NCBI RefSeq assembly: GCF_000175255.2
Contig: NC_017262.1
Coordinates: forward strand, 240,001-272,000
DNA from: Zymomonas mobilis subsp. mobilis ATCC 10988
GTDB lineage: Bacteria > Pseudomonadota > Alphaproteobacteria > Sphingomonadales > Sphingomonadaceae
DNA length: 32,000 nucleotides
Direction of reading: 5' to 3'
The position numbers were made by a program, and so were the translations under genes. This document shows, one piece after another, positions 1-6,697 of the stretch (position 1 is the first letter of the stretch; each line of letters begins with the position of its first letter). Under the pieces are notes generated by a model. It saw nothing but the letters and a program-made list of their open reading frames with translations. It searched no databases and was not told where the DNA came from.

Positions 1-488
1 GCTTTTCCCAAGGTCAGAATTTTTCCCCGTAAAGACCCTAAGGTCTGCTTTTTTCCGGTCAAAGCCAGCACCGCCGTCCCGCCTAGGGCTATGGTCAAGC
101 GTGGTTTTAACAAACGCCATTCCTGTCTTAACCAATATCGACAGCAATCTACTTCTTCAGGGGCGGGGGTCTGATGAATACGTCTTTCCCCTTTTAACCA
201 GAATTTGAAATGCTTGACGGCATTGGTCAGATAAATTTCTTCCCTTGGCCAACCGATAGAGGCCATGACCTCATCAAAAACCTGTCCGGCAGGGCCTACG
301 AAAGGCCGTCCCGCTAAATCTTCCTGATCTCCGGGCTGTTCACCCACAAAAATAACTGGGCTTGTGTGAGAGCCTTCACCGCAAACTACCTGTGTTGCTT
401 TTTGGTAAAGAGCGCAGCGCGTGCAGTGATGCAAAGCCTCCGTCAGATCTTCCCATGACGGTGCTTTCTTGACGGCCGCTTCTGACAT
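1..488 (-). CDS. Family-4 uracil-DNA glycosylase, UdgX-like (N-terminal ~162 aa; 3' end runs off the left window edge)
   Basis: Open-ended ORF absent from the ORF track. Hand translation of the reverse strand from the ATG at 488 gives MSEAAVKKAPSWEDLTEALHHCTRCALYQKATQVVCGEGSHTSPVIFVGEQPGDQEDLAGRPFVGPAGQVFDEVMASIGWPREEIYLTNAVKHFKFWLKGERRIHQTPAPEEVDCCRYWLRQEW... It has CxxC Fe-S ligands, the GEQPG motif, NAVKHFKF, and an ERRIH loop like the KRRIH loop of mycobacterial UdgX. Confidence 0.8.
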   Translation of the reverse strand, partial: MSEAAVKKAPSWEDLTEALHHCTRCALYQKATQVVCGEGSHTSPVIFVGEQPGDQEDLAGRPFVGPAGQVFDEVMASIGWPREEIYLTNAVKHFKFWLKGERRIHQTPAPEEVDCCRYWLRQEWRLLKPRLTIALGGTAVLALTGKKQTLGSLRGKILTLGK

Positions 489-544
489 TTTTCAGCCTAT
501 CCTTTGGTCTTTCTTTTAAAAAGGCTCATTACTGGAATAAAAGA

Positions 545-593
545 TAAAAAAACACCTTGTTTCGAATGGAAGTATCCCACCCGAAACAAGGTG
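545..593 (-). terminator. Rho-independent terminator downstream of ndh
   Basis: Perfect 12-bp inverted repeat caccttgtttcg (553-564) / cgaaacaaggtg (582-593). On the minus strand it is followed by a T7 run (plus-strand A-run 545-552). It lies about 25 nt after the ndh stop. Confidence 0.8.
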
Positions 594-618
594 CTACAAA
601 AGTCTTCTGCGTCAAATA

Positions 619-1944
619 TCAGTATAATTTGACTTTAGGGCGTAACATGCTGTGCGCCATAGCGGCGGCAAGAACAGCCGAGCCTTTGACCCATCCATGA
701 ATAGCCAACAAATGCAGGCGATAGAGCGAGTTATAGAAGAAGCGGGCAATCCGGCCTTTAACGACGCGTTTACCAACATTTTTCTTCCCACTCAGGCTTA
801 AATCGCCAATAGCGGCAAACCGGCTAAGGGAAAGCAACGTGCCATAATCGCGATAAGCGAAATCTTTAAGCGGTTCACCTTTCCGCAAACGAACGATATT
901 TTCAAAAACTGTATCGGCCATCTGATGGGCAGCCTGCGCGCGCGGCGGCACTGGGCGTTCAGCTTCAGGCAATTTGCATGAACAGCAATCGCCCATAGCG
1001 AAAATACGATCATCCGTCGTGCTTTGTAAGGTTGGCTTCACGATAATCTGGTTGCTGCGGGCAACTTCCAAACCTTCGACCTTGGACAGGAAATCAGGCG
1101 CTTTCACCCCAGCCGCCCAAAGCTGGATATCGCTTTCAATGGTCTGGCCATCTTTGGTCTTGATAAAACCTTCACCGGCTTCAACAACCATCGTGTTGGT
1201 TTTGATATCAACGCCCAAACGCTGTAAAACCGTATGAGCATCCTCGGCCATAAATTCAGGTAAAGGTGCCAAGATACGAGGGGCTGCCTCGACCAAGGTT
1301 ACTTGCATACAATTGGCACCGAATTTTTCGAGGCCAAAATTACCCAGTTCAATGGCGGTATTGTATAATTCAGCCGATAATTCGACACCGGTCGCCCCTG
1401 CGCCGATAACCGTTACTCTGACTGGTTTTTCCATACCCGGTTGAGCAATCATGGTTCTGGATGCGCTCGCACAAGCGTCAAAGAGATGTTCGCGAAAACG
1501 GTCAGCCTGAGCGCGGCTATCCAAAAACAGACAGTTCTCTCTTACACCTGGCGTATTGAAATCATTGGCGACCGAACCCAAGGCCAAAACCAGATAATCA
1601 TAACGGAGACGTTCCTGATCGCTGATTTTATGGCCTTCTTCATCCACTAAAGGCTCAAGGATGATTTCATGATTTTTACGGTCGATATCTTCCAATGTCC
1701 CACGGACATAGTGATATCCCCAATGCTTACCGTGATAACGATAGCTGACTTCATCCAGATCGGCATCTAATGCGCCGGTGGCAACTTCATGGAACAGAGG
1801 TTTCCAAACATGGGTTGGGCTACGGTCAACCAGAATGACGTCGGCCTCTTTCCCGAAACGTTCCCCCAAAGCACGCACCAACTGCAATCCACCGGCACCG
1901 CCACCCACGACAACAATGCGGTCAGGTCTACCATTCTTCGACAT
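619..1944 (-). CDS. ndh: Type II NADH dehydrogenase (NDH-2, FAD-dependent pyridine nucleotide-disulfide oxidoreductase)
   Basis: 441-aa ORF. It has an N-terminal GGGAGG dinucleotide-binding motif (RIVVVGGGAGGLQL) and a second GAGATGVE Rossmann motif, with NDH-2-type length and architecture. Confidence 0.9.
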   Translation of the reverse strand: MSKNGRPDRIVVVGGGAGGLQLVRALGERFGKEADVILVDRSPTHVWKPLFHEVATGALDADLDEVSYRYHGKHWGYHYVRGTLEDIDRKNHEIILEPLVDEEGHKISDQERLRYDYLVLALGSVANDFNTPGVRENCLFLDSRAQADRFREHLFDACASASRTMIAQPGMEKPVRVTVIGAGATGVELSAELYNTAIELGNFGLEKFGANCMQVTLVEAAPRILAPLPEFMAEDAHTVLQRLGVDIKTNTMVVEAGEGFIKTKDGQTIESDIQLWAAGVKAPDFLSKVEGLEVARSNQIIVKPTLQSTTDDRIFAMGDCCSCKLPEAERPVPPRAQAAHQMADTVFENIVRLRKGEPLKDFAYRDYGTLLSLSRFAAIGDLSLSGKKNVGKRVVKGRIARFFYNSLYRLHLLAIHGWVKGSAVLAAAMAHSMLRPKVKLY

Positions 1945-2208
1945 TTGAAACCTCTATTCTCTTCCAAGCGACCCAGCCCCCTTTGGCGTGGTGGTTTGCG
2001 AGCCGCCTCAATTACCTTTTGCTGTAACTAACGAAGAACATTCAAATCTGTTTCACATAAATTATAAGTCAAAGTGAAAGTTTTTATTGCTTACTGTGAA
2101 ACTATCTTTGCCCTTATCCGGTCTCTGTCTTTGATTATCCTAATGGGCTTTGTTTAAAGCGCGCTTTCTCTGATTGACCTTTGGCTTCTTTTCCCGTCAA
2201 TATGGGTT

Positions 2209-2811
2209 ATGGAAAAACAAACCGATCACTCTTCCCGTAAAACCTCCTCTTCTTCGCCTTCTTTTGTCAAAATGGCGATAGATTACGCTCCGCTTGTGAT
2301 CTTCTTTTTGGCCTATAAAATGACAGGATTCTTTATAGGTACCATCGCTTTTATGGTCTCGATGATCGTAGCTATAGGGGTTTCCCGTTACAAGCTGGGA
2401 CGGGTCTCACCGACCTTGTGGCTTTCTTTTGTCTTGATTATGTTCTTTGGCGGTCTGACCTTATGGTTTCATGACCAACGTTTCATTCAGCTTAAGCCCA
2501 CTATCATCTACAGTTTTTTTGCCGTCATGCTGTTAGGCGGGCGCTTATTGAACAAACCGATGCTGAAATATATTATGGAAGATGCCTTTGATGGCGTGAC
2601 TGAGAAAGGCTGGCTGATCTTAAGTTTTAACTGGGGCTGCTTTTTTCTCGTTATGGCCTTGCTAAACGAATATCTAAGGACGCATTTCAGTTTTGACGTC
2701 TGGCTGACCTTAAAAATCTGGGGCGCGATGATTTTGTCGGCCGTTTTCGGATTTGCCAATATGCCTGTTTTAATCAAAAACGGATTAAATACAGGCAATG
2801 GCAAAAATTAA
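2209..2811 (+). CDS. yciB: Intracellular septation protein A (YciB/IspZ family inner-membrane protein)
   Basis: 200-aa polytopic membrane ORF with about 5 hydrophobic helices. The N-terminal region (IDYAPLVIFFLAYK, then KPTIIYSFFAV) resembles the YciB family. The start codon is uncertain, and an internal Met at 2272 is possible. Confidence 0.7.
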   Translation: MEKQTDHSSRKTSSSSPSFVKMAIDYAPLVIFFLAYKMTGFFIGTIAFMVSMIVAIGVSRYKLGRVSPTLWLSFVLIMFFGGLTLWFHDQRFIQLKPTIIYSFFAVMLLGGRLLNKPMLKYIMEDAFDGVTEKGWLILSFNWGCFFLVMALLNEYLRTHFSFDVWLTLKIWGAMILSAVFGFANMPVLIKNGLNTGNGKN

Positions 2812-2815
2812 AGAC

Positions 2816-4063
2816 CTAGGCTCTGTAATATTTTTCTATTTTCTGAAGTCGGTACCCTGTCCAAAAAAGGGGCAGGGAAGCTACTGACAGGAAACAGAAG
2901 GCGGCTTTCCAGTCTCCATAGGCTTGATGCAAAAAACCAATGAAAAGGGGGCTGGCGGATGCAAAAATATAGCCGACCCCCTGAACAGCAGAAGAAATCC
3001 GGCGATTATCATCAAGGTTGCGCGAAAATTGGATTACCGTTGAAAAGATTACGGTAAAACCGCCCCCTGCGGCAAAACCTCCTAAAATAAGCCAGAAAAG
3101 CCATAAAGAAGGCAGCCATAAAAGGCCGACTGGCGTGACTAGCCAACATAGCCCGATCAATTTCAGAAGAAAGGCCGACGAAAAACGCTGGCTCAACAGG
3201 GGAATACCAAACGATCCTAATAATGCTAAAATCTGAAAAAGAGCGGCGGCAGCACCGGCCTCTGATGATGTCATCTGGTTAGCTTGTCTTAAGAAGCTCG
3301 GGATCCAGGCTGTCAGACCATAATAAACGCATAAATGGGCAGCAAAAGAAATAACTAATATCTGGACTAATTGGCGATGAACGGAATCATGGGGGTGATG
3401 ATCTTTTGCAAGAATATTGGCCGTGGCTTTTTCGGTTTCTTTTTCGCTTGGCAGGGTATCATTGCTATATTCTGCAAATGATTTTTCAGCATAAAAGATC
3501 ACTAACCACAAAATCAATGCTAGAAAGGCCAGATCAACCCAAGAAGCCAGCGCGGTTTTCCAGCCCCAATAATGCGTCATGGGCGGTGTTAAGGCCGAAC
3601 TGAGCATGGTTCCGACATTCAACGCCGAAGTATAAAGTCCTGTTACGATATGGGATTTATGAGGGAAATCTTTAGCAATAATCAGCAAGCTGACAATATT
3701 CCCGATGGTAAGGGCCATACCGATAATAATCGTACCGCTTATCAACCCGCCAAAGCTACCTGATGCCCGTATTAGGGTGCCAATAATACAGCCCACCAAT
3801 GTCATCAGAACCGAAAATTTTAAAGACGTTCGGTTAATCAGATAAGAGGCAAGGGGCGTCAAAATTCCGAAACACAGAATAGGAATACTGGTTAATAGTC
3901 CAGCGGTCGCGGCATTGATATGAAGGGCTGACCTAATTTCATTTACTATAGGCGGAATAGCTGTCAACGGGCTCCGAAGATTGAATGCCAGAGCAACAAG
4001 GGCAATCATTAACCAGATAGTAAAAGCGTTTTTAGAGAAAAGAGGTCGTTTATTCATCATCAT
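2816..4063 (-). CDS. MFS transporter, CynX/YeaN (cyanate-permease-like) family
   Basis: 415-aa ORF with about 12 predicted TM helices. The N-terminus (LALAFNLRSPLTAIPPIVNEIRSALHINAATAGLLTSIP) is typical of the CynX-type MFS_1 subfamily. Confidence 0.8.
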   Translation of the reverse strand: MMMNKRPLFSKNAFTIWLMIALVALAFNLRSPLTAIPPIVNEIRSALHINAATAGLLTSIPILCFGILTPLASYLINRTSLKFSVLMTLVGCIIGTLIRASGSFGGLISGTIIIGMALTIGNIVSLLIIAKDFPHKSHIVTGLYTSALNVGTMLSSALTPPMTHYWGWKTALASWVDLAFLALILWLVIFYAEKSFAEYSNDTLPSEKETEKATANILAKDHHPHDSVHRQLVQILVISFAAHLCVYYGLTAWIPSFLRQANQMTSSEAGAAAALFQILALLGSFGIPLLSQRFSSAFLLKLIGLCWLVTPVGLLWLPSLWLFWLILGGFAAGGGFTVIFSTVIQFSRNLDDNRRISSAVQGVGYIFASASPLFIGFLHQAYGDWKAAFCFLSVASLPLFWTGYRLQKIEKYYRA

Positions 4064-4426
4064 ATCCGTTTCAACCTACTGCGATTACAGCCGGTTTCTG
4101 CGAATGCCTTAAGGCAACGGATATATTTTTCCAGTATGAATCTTTTCTCATCAAAAAAATGATGCTTTTTAACAAAATTTCAATATGTTAGAATTTTGAT
4201 AGCAACAGGATAAGGGCGTTACCAGCCGAATAGGGTATAAAAAACGACAAATTATATTTATTCGCTGTCATTATAGGTTAGTAAAAACAGTTTAAATAAA
4301 TATATCTGGACAGAGCGGATACCGCTTTTCGGAATACTCTAACTCAATAGTTATTTGCAGGTTGGTTTCTGACAGGGTAGTCTTAAATCCGATCGTTCTG
4401 TGAATATTTACCGGGAGATTGAACGA

Positions 4427-5722
4427 ATGAAATTTGCTTCCAAAATAGCTATGTCGCTCACGCTTGCCCTTGGCGGTGTTTCGCTTATAGCTATTCAGCC
4501 TGCTACAGCGAAGAAACATGAAGCCGAAGCTGCCCCTCAACAGGCGGCAAAACCCGGTCAGGATTATGTTCTTACGCCTGCTGTCAGAACAGCCGCAGGT
4601 GAAGCGCAGGCCGCTATCAAGGCCAATGATCTCGCAACAGCAGTGGCCAAACTGGATGCTGCCAAGGCGGCTATGGCAACCGATGATGATAAATATGTTG
4701 TCGGTTCTCTCGGTTATGATCTGTCCATCGCCAAACAGGATCAAACCTTACAAAATCAATCCATTGATCTCATGCTGGGCAGCGGCAAAGTCAACCAGCG
4801 GATGTCTCAAGACACGATCTGGCAGCTTTATGTCAACCAGTCTCAATTGGCTTATGATGCAGGCCAATTCAGAAAGACTGAATTTGACATTGAACAGGCG
4901 TTAAAGATCGAAAACGCCAATAACACCCAGCTTTATCCAATGCTGGTTGAAGCCAAGGCCAAACTCAACAAACCGGCCGAAGCTATTGCGGCACTCGAAA
5001 CGGGCATCCAAAAAATGCAGGCCACTAATCAGGCCGTGCCGGAATCTTGGTTAAAACGCGGTGTGGCTTTGGCCTACAATGCCAAATTACAGCCGGAAAC
5101 CATCAAATTATGCCAGCAATGGATCGCGTCTTATCCCACGAATGATTCATGGCGCACCTCTTTACAGATTTATCGTGATTTCAACCGGACGCTTGATGGC
5201 GATGCTACGCTTGATCTCTTCCGTTTGATGCGGGCTGTGGGAGCCTTAAGTGCAGAAAGCGAATATCTGCTCTATGCTCAGCCGCTTTATATCGGTTACC
5301 CGATCGAAGCCGAAACCGTGCTGAAAGAAGGTATCCAGAAGAAAGTTCTCAGTGCAACGGACACCACGGTCAGCAAATGGCTTTCCACCGCTCGCCTGAA
5401 AGTGGCCGCTGAAAAAGCCGATCTTGCCAAGGCTGTTGCTCGTGACAGTAAAGCCGCTACTGGCAAAGATGCCTTCACTGATGGTACTTTGGCCTTGGGT
5501 GCGGGTGATTACAGCCTTGCGATCAATCTCTTCACCATTGCCAAGAGCAAATCCGGTGTTGACAATGACCTTACCACTTTGCGTTTAGGTATGGCGCAGG
5601 CGCTTGCGGGTCAAAAAGATGCAGCCAAAGCCACCTTGGCCACGGTTCAGGGTAGTCGCGCTCCGATCGCACAATTCTGGTCAATCTATGCCGATACCCA
5701 TGTCGCTACTCCGGCGGCCTGA
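4427..5722 (+). CDS. Secreted hypothetical protein, Ala-rich helical / TPR-like repeats
   Basis: The ORF track starts at a GTG at 4400. I prefer the ATG at 4427, which is preceded by gggaga (4413-4418) and yields a clean signal peptide MKFASKIAMSLTLALGGVSLIAIQPATA|KK. The rest is helical-repeat-like. No specific family was recognised. Confidence 0.7.
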   Translation: MKFASKIAMSLTLALGGVSLIAIQPATAKKHEAEAAPQQAAKPGQDYVLTPAVRTAAGEAQAAIKANDLATAVAKLDAAKAAMATDDDKYVVGSLGYDLSIAKQDQTLQNQSIDLMLGSGKVNQRMSQDTIWQLYVNQSQLAYDAGQFRKTEFDIEQALKIENANNTQLYPMLVEAKAKLNKPAEAIAALETGIQKMQATNQAVPESWLKRGVALAYNAKLQPETIKLCQQWIASYPTNDSWRTSLQIYRDFNRTLDGDATLDLFRLMRAVGALSAESEYLLYAQPLYIGYPIEAETVLKEGIQKKVLSATDTTVSKWLSTARLKVAAEKADLAKAVARDSKAATGKDAFTDGTLALGAGDYSLAINLFTIAKSKSGVDNDLTTLRLGMAQALAGQKDAAKATLATVQGSRAPIAQFWSIYADTHVATPAA

Positions 5723-5749
5723 TCTTAAGCATTGAATTTAGACAAAGAA

Positions 5750-5781
5750 AAACGGGCTGAAAAACTCAGCCCGTTTTTTTT
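5750..5781 (+). terminator. Rho-independent terminator of the TPR-like gene
   Basis: Stem gggctga (5754-5760), loop aaaac, stem tcagccc (5766-5772), followed by gTTTTTTTT. Confidence 0.85.
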
Positions 5782-5782
5782 G

Positions 5783-5807
5783 ACAAAAAAAACAGCGAAG
5801 CCGCTGT
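5783..5807 (-). terminator. Rho-independent terminator (minus strand), probably for lrp
   Basis: Stem acagcg (5792-5797) / cgctgt (5802-5807) with a 4-nt loop. On the minus strand it is followed by a T8 run (plus-strand A-run 5784-5791). It lies about 150 nt downstream of the lrp stop, back-to-back with the plus-strand terminator. Confidence 0.65.
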
Positions 5808-5954
5808 TCAGATATTTTGTCATTTCTTCCGAAGAAGGCACACCGGCAACCGATATAGACCTGAAAAGATTTCAGAAATATTCATGATCGCCAGTGCCTT
5901 GATCATTCAAAAAATACTATATTCTTTTCTAAACATATCGGAAGAATGGGGGGA

Positions 5955-6437
5955 TTACTCTTTGGTATCAACAGGAACACCCGGTAAATCTTTGGATGTC
6001 CGAATGATCAGAGAGGTCTTGACGCTGGTAACATTGGGGGCAGACGTCAATTGAGAAGTCAGCAAATGCTGGAAAGCCTGCAAGTCATGTGCAACAATTT
6101 TAAGAACGAAGTCGATTTCCCCGTTCAGCATGTGGCATTCCCGCACTTCCGGCAGGGTGGCGACATGTTCTTCAAATTGACGCAGATCATCTTCGGCTTG
6201 GCTTTTCAAGCTAACCATAGCAAAAACCATAATACCATAGCCTAGGGCATTGGCATTAAGCTGTGCATGGTAACCTTCAATGATGCCAGCTTCTTCAAGG
6301 GCACGTACACGACGGAGACAGGGGGGGGCTGTCAATCCTGCTTTACGTGCCAAGTCAACATTCGTGATACGTCCATCATCTTGAAGATTCTCAAGAATCA
6401 GACGATCGATTGAATCAAGTGGGTAATTAGCCGTCAC
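5955..6437 (-). CDS. lrp: Lrp/AsnC family transcriptional regulator
   Basis: 160-aa ORF with an N-terminal HTH_AsnC motif (LDSIDRLILENLQDDGRITNVDLARKAGLTAPPCLRRVRALEEAGII) followed by an AsnC/RAM ligand domain. GTG start with aagga upstream. Confidence 0.9.
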   Translation of the reverse strand: MTANYPLDSIDRLILENLQDDGRITNVDLARKAGLTAPPCLRRVRALEEAGIIEGYHAQLNANALGYGIMVFAMVSLKSQAEDDLRQFEEHVATLPEVRECHMLNGEIDFVLKIVAHDLQAFQHLLTSQLTSAPNVTSVKTSLIIRTSKDLPGVPVDTKE

Positions 6438-6697
6438 GGACTTAGTCCTTCTATTTAATCTTCCGGCTAGATAATAAAATTGCCGAAAAATACAACTTCA
6501 CTTATGCACGATTATGTAAAAAAAAGCCTCAATTCGATGACTTGATAATTAAATGGGGTAAAATCTGATAAAAAAAACATCTCTCAGAAAAAAAAGAATA
6601 AATTACCCCATGTAAAAAATATTTTTTAATATCTTCCAGTTTTTCTCCCAAATATGGCAAATGTCAGCGATATGTTAACCACTTGCCTTTACCGATA

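Noticed and set aside
4292-4744. 150-aa minus-strand ORF, plus the alternate-frame plus-strand ORF at 4518-4904, both overlapping the TPR-like gene
   Set aside because: They overlap a gene that has a clean RBS, signal peptide and terminator. The composition is Cys/Arg-rich with no motifs.
5820-5906. 28-aa minus-strand mini-ORF (MIKALAIMNISEIFSGLYRLPVCLLRKK) between the lrp stop and its terminator
   Set aside because: There is no SD or other supporting signal. An ORF of this size is expected by chance in a 150-nt 3' UTR.
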